Assembly (NCBI GenBank): GCA_050949525.1
Contig: JBMNFW010000001.1
Coordinates: 655,890 to 719,889, forward strand
DNA: 64,000 bases
Source of the DNA: Patescibacteria group bacterium
GTDB lineage: Bacteria; Patescibacteriota; Patescibacteriia; Patescibacteriales; UBA12465
Reading direction: 5' to 3'
Position numbers and translations under genes: made by a program. The notes under the pieces were generated by a model that was not told the DNA's origin, searched no databases, and was given only the letters and a program-made list of their open reading frames with translations. Within the stretch, counting starts at the first letter, position 1; each line of letters opens with the position of its first letter. Below are positions 9,559 to 18,802 of this stretch, in pieces.

Positions 9559-11151
9559 ATGAATAATTATATATGGATTAAAAAAACATTTTTTTTAATA
9601 AGTCTTCTTTTTATCACATTACCTTTAGGGGTTAGTAGTGCTAATGTTACACCCCCCCCAAGCGCTAATAGTAGTAGTGGGGTTGTTTATTGTGATGAAG
9701 AAATGGAACGCAATGAATGCCCCGAAGGTGGTATTTGTGCATATTGTCTTGATGGCTATAGTCATTGCCCATCATTTAATAACGTAGACGGTCCAGGATA
9801 TTTTTGTATTCAAGATGAAAGCATGTGTAATACACAGTGGGAAAGATTTGATCATACTATATCAAGGTGTGTAAGAAACTATATTAATTGTACTACAAAT
9901 GCTGATTGTCTTCAACATGGCGTTGGATGGATTTGTGACTACTCGGGAGATATGCATATAGGTCAGATTTGCAAACAAGACATGGAAAGATATTCACAAA
10001 CAATAACAAACCCCGCACAAACATCAACAGAAGATATGTTAAACGATATGAATCCCCTAGGAAAACTTAATGTAAATATACCGGGACTTTCAGAAATAGC
10101 CAGCAAATATCCTGTTAAATGTGAAAAAACAGGTGATACAGAATCTTGTAAAATTCCCTGGGTTGGAATATATATTCACGCTATATATAACTACACCATT
10201 AAAATCATTATTATTATAGCTGCTATAGCTTTAATGATTGGCGGAGTTTTATGGTTAATATCAGCCGGTAATGCTAATCGAGTATCTCAAGCTAAGAATT
10301 GGATAAAAGGAAGTTTAATTGGATTAATACTGTCCCTCACTTCTTATGTTTTGCTTTATGAAATTAACCCTAATCTCATAGAATCAAAATATATGAGATT
10401 AAAAAAAATAGAAGGACTGGGAGGAGATAGTACAGTTCCCTCAGTAAATGGATGGAACGGAGCTCCGTATAGCTCAAACCCTAAAAAAGATCATTTATTA
10501 AATATTGGCATTGAATGCCCTGAAACCGGAGGACCTAGTGTAATAAGTACTGTGGCGAACAGTTTTTCAGGAAAACTTGTTTATAGATTAGGCTCAAAAA
10601 ATGGTTTAGGAAGTGATATAACAAAAAAAACTGATCCTTATGGACTCCATTGTCCTAACCATTCACAATGGAGTTATGAAAATAACCAAGTCGTATGTTA
10701 CGATTGTTCTGGTTTTGCTAACCAAGTATTATGGTGTGCCGGTCTCAAAACTACACTTCCCCAAGGATCAGATAATATATTTTCAACAACCAAACCTCTT
10801 TATGAGGGTTACACCGGTGTAAATGCTTTAAAAATTAAAAGCTGTACATCAGGAGGAACAATAGTTATTGTTGATATAGGAGGACGAGATGTTGAAGTAC
10901 CATTAACAGCCGGAGATCTTCTTGGGTGGCCAGGAGCAAATTCAACCCAACAATATGGTCATGTTTTAGTATATATCGGCGGAGGTAAAATGGTTGATGC
11001 CCACGGAAACAGAAATTATACTCCAGGCAGTAATGCTGGTAAAGCTTTTGGACACTTTGATGTATGTAACACAATAGATGATTATCTAAATCGCAACAAA
11101 CAAACTGATACTTGGTTTTTAAAAAAATGGGGACCTAACGAATGGAAATAG
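9559..11151 (+). CDS. Cys-rich N-terminal ectodomain + VirB2/TrbC-like membrane module + C-terminal NlpC/P60-type cysteine peptidase
   Basis: Signal peptide, then 14 Cys before the module (my count). Module IYIHAIYNYTIKIIIIIAAIALMIGGVLWLISAGNANRVSQAKNWIKGSLIGLILSLTSYVLLYEINPNLI is paralogous to the one in 7528..8751. C-terminus has CYDCSGFANQVLW (catalytic Cys context) and YGHVLVYIGGGKMVDAHG (His). Confidence 0.6.
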   Translation: MNNYIWIKKTFFLISLLFITLPLGVSSANVTPPPSANSSSGVVYCDEEMERNECPEGGICAYCLDGYSHCPSFNNVDGPGYFCIQDESMCNTQWERFDHTISRCVRNYINCTTNADCLQHGVGWICDYSGDMHIGQICKQDMERYSQTITNPAQTSTEDMLNDMNPLGKLNVNIPGLSEIASKYPVKCEKTGDTESCKIPWVGIYIHAIYNYTIKIIIIIAAIALMIGGVLWLISAGNANRVSQAKNWIKGSLIGLILSLTSYVLLYEINPNLIESKYMRLKKIEGLGGDSTVPSVNGWNGAPYSSNPKKDHLLNIGIECPETGGPSVISTVANSFSGKLVYRLGSKNGLGSDITKKTDPYGLHCPNHSQWSYENNQVVCYDCSGFANQVLWCAGLKTTLPQGSDNIFSTTKPLYEGYTGVNALKIKSCTSGGTIVIVDIGGRDVEVPLTAGDLLGWPGANSTQQYGHVLVYIGGGKMVDAHGNRNYTPGSNAGKAFGHFDVCNTIDDYLNRNKQTDTWFLKKWGPNEWK

Positions 11152-12900
11152 CTAAACAATATCCATAATCCTCAACTGAATTTCTCTTTTACCATTAAAA
11201 TTATTAAACTCTAAGGAATAAAGAAGATCAACTGTATCACCTAATTTTAAATTAGAATATTTATCAGCTCCACCAAAAGAAATACCCCAAAAACTTTTCA
11301 TCTCTTTATCCTCATGATTTAAAAACCTAATCTTAATATGTTGTTCTTCCTTACCCATTTTTACAATATCAATAATCTTAAGTTTAAAAGTCGCAAAACA
11401 GGGTGAAGTATTAATTTGACCAAAAGGAGCTAACCTCTCTATTAACTCCAAAAGTTTATTATTAATAGAGGAAAAATTAAGCTCAGCATCAACTTTAATT
11501 TTAGGTTTTAAAAGATCCAACGAGATCTTTTTTTCCGCTAAAGAATTAATATTATCAATGAAAGCAAAAACATTTTCTTCAGCTAGAATCGAAAAACCTC
11601 CAGCCATCGGATGTCCACCATATTTATACAAAAAATCTTTGCTATCCTCTAAAGCTTCAACTAAGCTAAAGCCTTCAATACTGCGAGCGCTACCTTTATA
11701 CAAAGAATACTTTTGCCCATCACTCGCTACTGCTGTTTCTCCAGTTTTAACAATAATTAAAACAGGTCGATAATATTTTTCTGATAATCTTCCAGCTACT
11801 AAACCAATAACACCCTCATTCCAAGAATTATTAGAAAGATCCTTTACTATAATTATCTTAGGAATATTATTGACATCTAATTGACTTTCAGCAGCCGCCA
11901 AAACATTATCAGTCATCTCCTGTCTTTCCATATTCTTGTCATTCAAATCTTCCGCCAATAATCGAGCTTCTGATGGATCTTTACTAATTAATAAATTTAA
12001 AGCTGAATTAGCGTGTTTCATTCGACTCGCTGCATTAAGTCGAGGTCCCAAATGAAAGCCTAAACGAAAAGAATCTATTTTTCCTTCCCCACCTGAAACT
12101 CGTAATAATTCCAATAAACCTAATCTTTTAGTTTTATCCAATACTTTTAAACCCCACTGAACTATGAGACGATTTTCTCCAATTAAAGGTACCATATCAG
12201 AAACAGTTCCAATAGCGGTTAAATCTAAAGTTCGCTCAATTAAAATCTCCTTATCTTCAGCCCCCAATTTAGATTCTAAAATTAAAGCCGAAGCTAATTT
12301 AAAGGCTACTCCAACACCCGCTAAATATCTAAAAGGATAACCGGAGGCTTTATCAGCTGGATTAATAATTAAACAACTAGGCCAATCAGTTTTTTTTTCT
12401 GGATAAGCATGATGATCAGTGATAATAATATCTAAACCTAAACTTTGAGCATAATCTACTTCCTCTTTATTACGAATACCATTATCAACAGTAACCACCA
12501 AAGAAAAACCATCAGCTTTAATTTGATCTAAAGCTTTTTTATTCAATCCATAACCTTCACTAACTCGATCGGGGATATAAAAATCAACTGAAGCTTTAAG
12601 AATGGAAAAGACATCATACAATAAAGCAGCTGAAGTAACACCATCAGCATCATAATCACCAAAAATCATGATTTTATTCCTTTTCTTAATATGATCAATA
12701 ATCAGCGCCACCGCCGCTTTCATATCCTTAAAAAGAAAAGGATCTAAAAACTCTTCTTCATCCGACAAAAACCATCGTAAATCCTCTTTAGTTTTAAGGC
12801 CTCGATTAAATAATATTTGCAAAATAAGAGGATTAACCGTAGGGTAGTCCTCTCTTAAGCTTTTAGGCATCTTTGCTTGTATTTGCCAAATTTTTTCCAT
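11152..12900 (-). CDS. recJ: Single-stranded-DNA-specific exonuclease RecJ
   Basis: DHH family motifs (IFGDYDADGVTS, ITDHH), GGHPMAGG motif, 582 aa. Confidence 0.9.
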   Translation of the reverse strand: MEKIWQIQAKMPKSLREDYPTVNPLILQILFNRGLKTKEDLRWFLSDEEEFLDPFLFKDMKAAVALIIDHIKKRNKIMIFGDYDADGVTSAALLYDVFSILKASVDFYIPDRVSEGYGLNKKALDQIKADGFSLVVTVDNGIRNKEEVDYAQSLGLDIIITDHHAYPEKKTDWPSCLIINPADKASGYPFRYLAGVGVAFKLASALILESKLGAEDKEILIERTLDLTAIGTVSDMVPLIGENRLIVQWGLKVLDKTKRLGLLELLRVSGGEGKIDSFRLGFHLGPRLNAASRMKHANSALNLLISKDPSEARLLAEDLNDKNMERQEMTDNVLAAAESQLDVNNIPKIIIVKDLSNNSWNEGVIGLVAGRLSEKYYRPVLIIVKTGETAVASDGQKYSLYKGSARSIEGFSLVEALEDSKDFLYKYGGHPMAGGFSILAEENVFAFIDNINSLAEKKISLDLLKPKIKVDAELNFSSINNKLLELIERLAPFGQINTSPCFATFKLKIIDIVKMGKEEQHIKIRFLNHEDKEMKSFWGISFGGADKYSNLKLGDTVDLLYSLEFNNFNGKREIQLRIMDIV

Positions 12901-12909
12901 ATCTAAACC

Positions 12910-13017
12910 TTAAAACAAAGCGGTAAACAATGTTAAACCAACCATAGAAATAATAACTAAAACAGAAACAATAATCCAAGCAATTTTCATTATTTTACGT
13001 TTAGTACGTTTTCTCAT
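12910..13017 (-). CDS. Possible 35-aa small membrane protein
   Basis: Below the track cutoff. My translation is MRKRTKRKIMKIAWIIVSVLVIISMVGLTLFTALF (basic N-terminus plus one TM). It fills the lepA-recJ gap. No other support. Confidence 0.25.
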   Translation of the reverse strand: MRKRTKRKIMKIAWIIVSVLVIISMVGLTLFTALF

Positions 13018-13026
13018 AAAACTATA

Positions 13027-14823
13027 TTACTTTCTTAAAATTTTAACAAAAGTATCAGGTGGAATCTCAACACTTCCTTTACCGGCTAACATCATTTTCT
13101 TTTTTCCTTTCTTTTGTTTTTCTAATAACTTTCTTTTTCTCGAAACATCACCACCATACAACTTAGCCGTTACATCTTTTCTCAAAGCTGATAATCTTTC
13201 CGCCGCAATAACTTTACCAGAAATAGCCGCCTGCAATTTTAAAGCGAACATTTGCCGAGGTAATGATTCTTTTAAAATATTAACTACTTCTTTCCCGCGA
13301 CGAAAAGCCTCATCACGATAAACAATAGTAGACAAAGCTTCAATAATTTCTTCAGCTACTAATATATCCATTTTAACAACATCGGCTAAACGATAATCTA
13401 AATATTCATAATTAATGGAAGCATAGCCAGCACTAGCACTTTTTATCTTATCATAAAAATCAGTTAGAATAGCCGACAAAGGAATCTCATAATGAAGTAT
13501 AGCTCTTTGATCATCAGTCCCCGATGAAATAAATTCAGTGTTTTTATACACAGCTCTTTTATCTTGAGCTAATTGCATAATATTACCAATATATTCTTTA
13601 GGAGAAATAATATCTAAAGAAACCCAAGGTTCTTCTATCTTATCAATTTCAGTAGGCTCAGGTAATTTTTGCGGAGTTCTAATAAAAAAATCTTCACCAT
13701 TTTTTTTGTAAACTCGATAAGCTACACTAGGAATAGTAACAATTAAATCTAAATTATACTCACGTTTTAATCTTTCTTGAAAAATCTCTAAATGAAGCAA
13801 ACCTAAAAACCCACAGCGAAAACCAAAACCCAAAGCATCTGACCTTTCTGGTTCAAAAGATAAAGCACTGTCATTTAGTTTCAATTTATCCATTGCTTCT
13901 CGTAAACTCTCGAGATCACTACCTTCACGAGGGAAAATACCAGCAAAAACCATAGGCTTTACTTCTTGATATCCACTCAAAGCACTCACCTTATCAGCCC
14001 CCGAACTCAAAGTAATGGTATCACCAACTCGACACTCCCCCACTTCTTTAAAACCAGTTACTAAATAACCAATTGATCCAGTACCTAAAGAAGCTTGTGA
14101 AAGATAATCAGGTTTAAATATACCTAAATCTAAAATTTCACTTTCAGCTTTAGTAGCCATTAATTTAATACGATCGCCTTTTTTAAAACTACCATCAAAA
14201 ACTCTTAAATAAGCTACAACTCCTTTGTATTCATCATATTTAGAATCAAAAATTAGAGCTCGAGCAACGCCCGGCTCAGAAGCTCGAGGAGCAGGTCCCT
14301 TCTTAATCACTGCCTGAAGTATCTCCTCCACCCCTTGACCCGTCTTACCTGAAGCTAATAAAATATCATCTTCTGAACAACCTAAAAGTTTAATAATCTC
14401 CTTTTTTGTTTTTTCCGGATTAGCTGCTGGTAAATCAATCTTGTTAATTACAGGAATAATATTTAAATCTTGTTCTAAGGCTAAATAAAGATTAGCTAAA
14501 GTTTGAGCTTGAATACCTTGAGTACAATCAACTAAAAGAACGGCTGTCTCCACCGCCGCTAAAGATCGTGATACTTCATAGGAAAAATCAACATGACCAG
14601 GGGTATCAATTAAATTTAATTGATAACCCTGATATTCCATTGTCACTGGCTGAAGTTTAATCGTAATACCTCGCTCTCTTTCAATATCTAATCCATCCAA
14701 AATCTGATTTTTCATTTTTCTTTCTTCGACTGTTTCAGTAAATTCTAATAATCGATCAGCCAATGTGGACTTACCGTGATCAATATGAGCAATAATACAA
14801 AAATTTCTAATTTTATCTATCAT
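13027..14823 (-). CDS. lepA: Translation elongation factor 4 (LepA)
   Basis: IRNFCIIAHIDHGKSTLADRLL, DTPGHVDF, NKIDL and a LepA-specific C-terminus. 598 aa. Confidence 0.95.
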   Translation of the reverse strand: MIDKIRNFCIIAHIDHGKSTLADRLLEFTETVEERKMKNQILDGLDIERERGITIKLQPVTMEYQGYQLNLIDTPGHVDFSYEVSRSLAAVETAVLLVDCTQGIQAQTLANLYLALEQDLNIIPVINKIDLPAANPEKTKKEIIKLLGCSEDDILLASGKTGQGVEEILQAVIKKGPAPRASEPGVARALIFDSKYDEYKGVVAYLRVFDGSFKKGDRIKLMATKAESEILDLGIFKPDYLSQASLGTGSIGYLVTGFKEVGECRVGDTITLSSGADKVSALSGYQEVKPMVFAGIFPREGSDLESLREAMDKLKLNDSALSFEPERSDALGFGFRCGFLGLLHLEIFQERLKREYNLDLIVTIPSVAYRVYKKNGEDFFIRTPQKLPEPTEIDKIEEPWVSLDIISPKEYIGNIMQLAQDKRAVYKNTEFISSGTDDQRAILHYEIPLSAILTDFYDKIKSASAGYASINYEYLDYRLADVVKMDILVAEEIIEALSTIVYRDEAFRRGKEVVNILKESLPRQMFALKLQAAISGKVIAAERLSALRKDVTAKLYGGDVSRKRKLLEKQKKGKKKMMLAGKGSVEIPPDTFVKILRK

Positions 14824-14864
14824 AGTAAATTATCTTAATAAATTATGAGGATAAAATCAAACTA

Positions 14865-16538
14865 CTAAAGTCCCCGAACCTCACTTTGATCCGGAATTTC
14901 CTCCATACCTTTAGCTTTTTTACTAAAAGGAAGTTTTTTCTTTAAAACCTCTATTAAATCTAAGGCTTCCTGACTTCGAAATAAGTAAGTTAAAAGAAAA
15001 TAAGTTCCTAAACCAGCTACTCCCGCTACTAATCCCTGAGTAAACACACCCCAAAACTTAGTCATATTAATAAAAGGCCAAACTAAAGTTTTGCTAAGCT
15101 GTACCACTAATCCAGCACTTAAAGCCGCTACCGAAAACTTTAAAACTGACTTTATTATCCGAGCCTGATCCAAATCACCAATTTCAAAATACAACCACAT
15201 CCAAAGAATAATGAAATTTAAAATATTAGACAAAGAAAAAGCTAAAGCTAATCCTGCCACTCCTAAACGAGGACCAAGAAACAAAGAAAGAAAAATATTG
15301 GCCACCACCACTATCAATCCGATATAAAAAGGAATACGAGAATTATGTCTCGCATAAAAAACTCGAGTTAAAAGCGGAATTGTTGCTTGAGCAAATAAAC
15401 TTAAAGCAAAAAAACCTAAAGCATCCATTGTTAAAATAGTATCGGTCCAAGAGAACTCTCCCGTTCCATAAATAACCCGAATTATTTGCGCTCGAAGTGT
15501 TATCAACAAAACTGTAGCCGGAATAATAAAAAATAAAATTTGCCTAAAAGTATAAGAAAAATTTTTAACTAACTTCTCTTTATCAAAGGCAGTCGCTGAT
15601 AAAACCGGAAAAGCAGCTACAGCAAAAGAAATACCAAAAATACCAATTGGAAAAGATTGTAGATTATTAGCAAAATTAAATACCGCCAAAGATCCTGAAG
15701 CTAAAGTAGAAGCAATAATAGTAATGACCAAAAGATTAATCTGAGCAATAGCTAAACTAAGAGTTCGCGGAATCATCATTTTAAATATCTGAATTAATTC
15801 TTTACTCTTTAATTCAATAAATAACCTCCACCGAAACCCCAAAGCTCGAACTGACGGAATCTGAATTAACATATGTAGAGCTGATCCCAAAACAACTCCC
15901 CAAGCTAAACCCGAAGCACCTAAAACTGGCACTAAAAATAAAGCACCAAATATTATACCAAGATTATAAAAAATAGGAGCTAAAGAAAATACAAAAAAAT
16001 TTTTAAAAGATTGTAAAACTCCCCCCAATAAACTGGAAATACCTAGAAAAAAAGGAGAAAAAAACATAATCCGAGTTAACTTAACAGTTAAAGATTTTAA
16101 ACCGGGAGAAAAACCAGGTGCTATTAAATTAATTAAACTAGGAGAAAAAATTACCCCTAATAAAGAAAAAAATAATAATGAGATTATTAAAATATTTAAG
16201 AGATTATTTACTAAATCCCAAGCTTTTTTGTTCTCAGTTTTAGAATAAGAAAAACAAAAATCATTATCACATTTCATTTTCTTAATTAAAGAAGAAAAAA
16301 CCGGAATAAAACCAGCTGATAAAGCTCCTAAAATTAAAAGATTATAAATCAAATCTGGAATCCTAAAAGCAGAATAATAAGCATCTAAGATTTCTCCTGC
16401 CCCAAACTCTCCAGCTAAAATACGATCCCGAAAAAGACCCAAAACTCGAGAAGCTAAAGAAAAAAAACCAACTAAAATAGCCGCGGCTGTAATACCGCTA
16501 CTACGCTTTTTAAATATATTTGAAATCTTAATATTCAT
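14865..16538 (-). CDS. murJ: Lipid II flippase MurJ/MviN
   Basis: Polytopic 557-aa protein with the MviN-type N-terminus (SRVLGLFRDRILAGEFGAGEILDAYYSAFRIPD). Confidence 0.85.
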   Translation of the reverse strand: MNIKISNIFKKRSSGITAAAILVGFFSLASRVLGLFRDRILAGEFGAGEILDAYYSAFRIPDLIYNLLILGALSAGFIPVFSSLIKKMKCDNDFCFSYSKTENKKAWDLVNNLLNILIISLLFFSLLGVIFSPSLINLIAPGFSPGLKSLTVKLTRIMFFSPFFLGISSLLGGVLQSFKNFFVFSLAPIFYNLGIIFGALFLVPVLGASGLAWGVVLGSALHMLIQIPSVRALGFRWRLFIELKSKELIQIFKMMIPRTLSLAIAQINLLVITIIASTLASGSLAVFNFANNLQSFPIGIFGISFAVAAFPVLSATAFDKEKLVKNFSYTFRQILFFIIPATVLLITLRAQIIRVIYGTGEFSWTDTILTMDALGFFALSLFAQATIPLLTRVFYARHNSRIPFYIGLIVVVANIFLSLFLGPRLGVAGLALAFSLSNILNFIILWMWLYFEIGDLDQARIIKSVLKFSVAALSAGLVVQLSKTLVWPFINMTKFWGVFTQGLVAGVAGLGTYFLLTYLFRSQEALDLIEVLKKKLPFSKKAKGMEEIPDQSEVRGL

Positions 16539-16543
16539 AAAAA

Positions 16544-18613
16544 CTACATTGTAATAATTCGAACATCTAAGGCTAAACTTGATTTTTCATCAACCAATAA
16601 TGGATTAATATCTATTTCAGAAATATCTTTGTAAGTCAAAATTAAATTAGAAAAATTAAAAATTGCTTCAACTAAAGACTCAAGATTAATTCCTTTTTGA
16701 CCCCGAACTCCACATAAAATTGGATAAACTTTCAAACCTTTAATCATCTCCCTGATCTCGGCTCGACTCATTCCCGCTAAACCTAATACGGTATCTTTAT
16801 AAACCTCAGCATAAATACCGCCTAGACCTAAAAGTATAATTGGACCAAAAGTAGCATCTCGTTTAAAACCCAAAATTAATTCCATCTTAGTAGATAACAT
16901 GGGTTGATAAACTAAATAATTATCATTTGATATTTTTTTACTTGAAATTCTTTTTTGAAAATCATTAAAAATTTGTAAAGCCTCAGATTTATTTTTCACA
17001 TTTAAAAAAACGGCTGCTTGATCACTTTTATGAATAAAATCAGGTCCAACCATTTTTAAAGCTATTGGATACTTAATCTTATCTAAAGAACTTTTTTTAG
17101 AAATTCTTTCCGTCTTAACAGTTTTAATTTTAAACTCCTTTAAAAGTTGAAATGATTTTAAATAATCAAATAATCCCGCTTGAGAAGATAAAGTTTTAAT
17201 AGCTAATTTTACAGCTTGATATTTCTTGATCTTCCTCCTATTTCTTTGATATTTATCTAATTGACTAATAGTCTTAACTGCCTCATCTAAAGAAGAAAAA
17301 TTAAATAGACCTGCTTGATTCAAAATTTTCTCCGCCTTAGATACTTCAGCTCCACCTAAAAAAGAAATAATTAAATTCTTCGAGCTAGGTAACTTAGATT
17401 TTAAATTAACTAAGGCTTGAGCCGTAATCTCAACCTGAGTCATGGTTTGAGGGGTTAATAATACTAAAACTGAAGATACATTTTTATCATTTAAAACTAT
17501 TTGAACTGCTTCTTGATAACGTTCTGGACTAGCATCACCTAAAATATCTAAAGGATTTTTAATCTCCGCCATAACTGGCAAGATCTTTTTTAACTCTTTA
17601 AAAGTCGAAGAAGAAAATTTAGCTAAAGATAATTTTTCATCAATAGCCTGATCACTAGCTAAAACCAAAGGACCACCCGCATTAGAAACTATAGCTAAAT
17701 CACCACCTAAATTAGAAACTGGCCCCTTAATCACCGCTATCAAATGATAAAGCTGATTAATGTTATCTAAAATAATAGCTCCGGCTCGCTTTAAAGCTAC
17801 TACCGCACTATCATAAGACCCCGCCAAAGATCCAGTATGAGAAGAAGCCATCTTTAAACCTAAATCACTACGACCAGCCTTTAAAACCGCCACTGGTTTA
17901 GAGGGACTAATTTGAGAAACTAGCTCCAAAAAACGAGATCCCTGAGAAATTTCTTCTAGATATAAAACGATTAAATCAGTATTAGAATCTCGATAAAAAA
18001 ATTCTAAAAAATCACTTTCATTTAAAGAAGCTTTGTTTCCTAAACTAATAAATCCAGAAAGTCCGATACTTTTTTCAGCTATCCAGTCTAAAACCGCACT
18101 ACCAATAGCTCCAGATTGAGACAAAAAAGCAATATTATTCTTTCGAGCTATTTTTTTATTAGGGCTATATTTAGAAAAACTAAGATTCAATGAAACTTTA
18201 TTATTAATGAATCCTAAACAATTAGGACCTAAAATATTTAAATTATAGGTCTGAACCAGTCTAACTAAATCTTCTTCTAGTTTTTTTCCGATACCACCTA
18301 CTTCCTTAAATCCAGCGGTAATAATAACAAAATTTTTAACTCCTAAATGAGCCGCTTTTTCTACCTCGGCTAAAACAAAAGGAGCTGGAATAGCAATTAC
18401 AATTAATAAATTCGCCCAATCTTTAATAGGTAAATCTGATACGCTATTATAGGCCACCACTCCAGCTATTCGCTTTTCCTTATTATTAATCGGAAAAATT
18501 TTCTTTTTAGACAAAAGAGCGTTATCAAAAATTTGACGACCCACCTTTCTTTTATCACTGGAAGCTCCAATAACAGCAATATATTTAGGATTTAGAAATT
18601 TTTCTATTTTCAT
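16544..18613 (-). CDS. Acetate--CoA ligase (ADP-forming), fused alpha/beta domains
   Basis: N-terminal CoA-binding fold (IAVIGAS...KVG), succinyl-CoA-synthetase-like middle with a SHTGSLAG phosphohistidine loop, and an ATP-grasp C-terminus. 689 aa. Confidence 0.8.
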   Translation of the reverse strand: MKIEKFLNPKYIAVIGASSDKRKVGRQIFDNALLSKKKIFPINNKEKRIAGVVAYNSVSDLPIKDWANLLIVIAIPAPFVLAEVEKAAHLGVKNFVIITAGFKEVGGIGKKLEEDLVRLVQTYNLNILGPNCLGFINNKVSLNLSFSKYSPNKKIARKNNIAFLSQSGAIGSAVLDWIAEKSIGLSGFISLGNKASLNESDFLEFFYRDSNTDLIVLYLEEISQGSRFLELVSQISPSKPVAVLKAGRSDLGLKMASSHTGSLAGSYDSAVVALKRAGAIILDNINQLYHLIAVIKGPVSNLGGDLAIVSNAGGPLVLASDQAIDEKLSLAKFSSSTFKELKKILPVMAEIKNPLDILGDASPERYQEAVQIVLNDKNVSSVLVLLTPQTMTQVEITAQALVNLKSKLPSSKNLIISFLGGAEVSKAEKILNQAGLFNFSSLDEAVKTISQLDKYQRNRRKIKKYQAVKLAIKTLSSQAGLFDYLKSFQLLKEFKIKTVKTERISKKSSLDKIKYPIALKMVGPDFIHKSDQAAVFLNVKNKSEALQIFNDFQKRISSKKISNDNYLVYQPMLSTKMELILGFKRDATFGPIILLGLGGIYAEVYKDTVLGLAGMSRAEIREMIKGLKVYPILCGVRGQKGINLESLVEAIFNFSNLILTYKDISEIDINPLLVDEKSSLALDVRIITM

Positions 18614-18625
18614 AAAACTATTATA

Positions 18626-18802
18626 TCATAATGAAATAAAAAAACTAATTAGACCTGCGGCTAATAAAAAATTAAGATTAAAATAAGGTAAAATAAAATT
18701 AGGTGCTATTAACTCTAAAAAAGCTAAAATTAAATAAGCAATTATAAAAAAATAGAACAGTTCTTGACTATACTTTTTAATTTTATTTAAATAATTTTTC
18801 AT
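18626..18802 (-). CDS. Possible 58-aa two-TM small membrane protein
   Basis: Below the track cutoff. My translation is MKNYLNKIKKYSQELFYFFIIAYLILAFLELIAPNFILPYFNLNFLLAAGLISFFISL. It overlaps the 3' end of the upstream ORF by 20 nt and ends 12 nt before the acd start. Confidence 0.3.
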   Translation of the reverse strand: MKNYLNKIKKYSQELFYFFIIAYLILAFLELIAPNFILPYFNLNFLLAAGLISFFISL

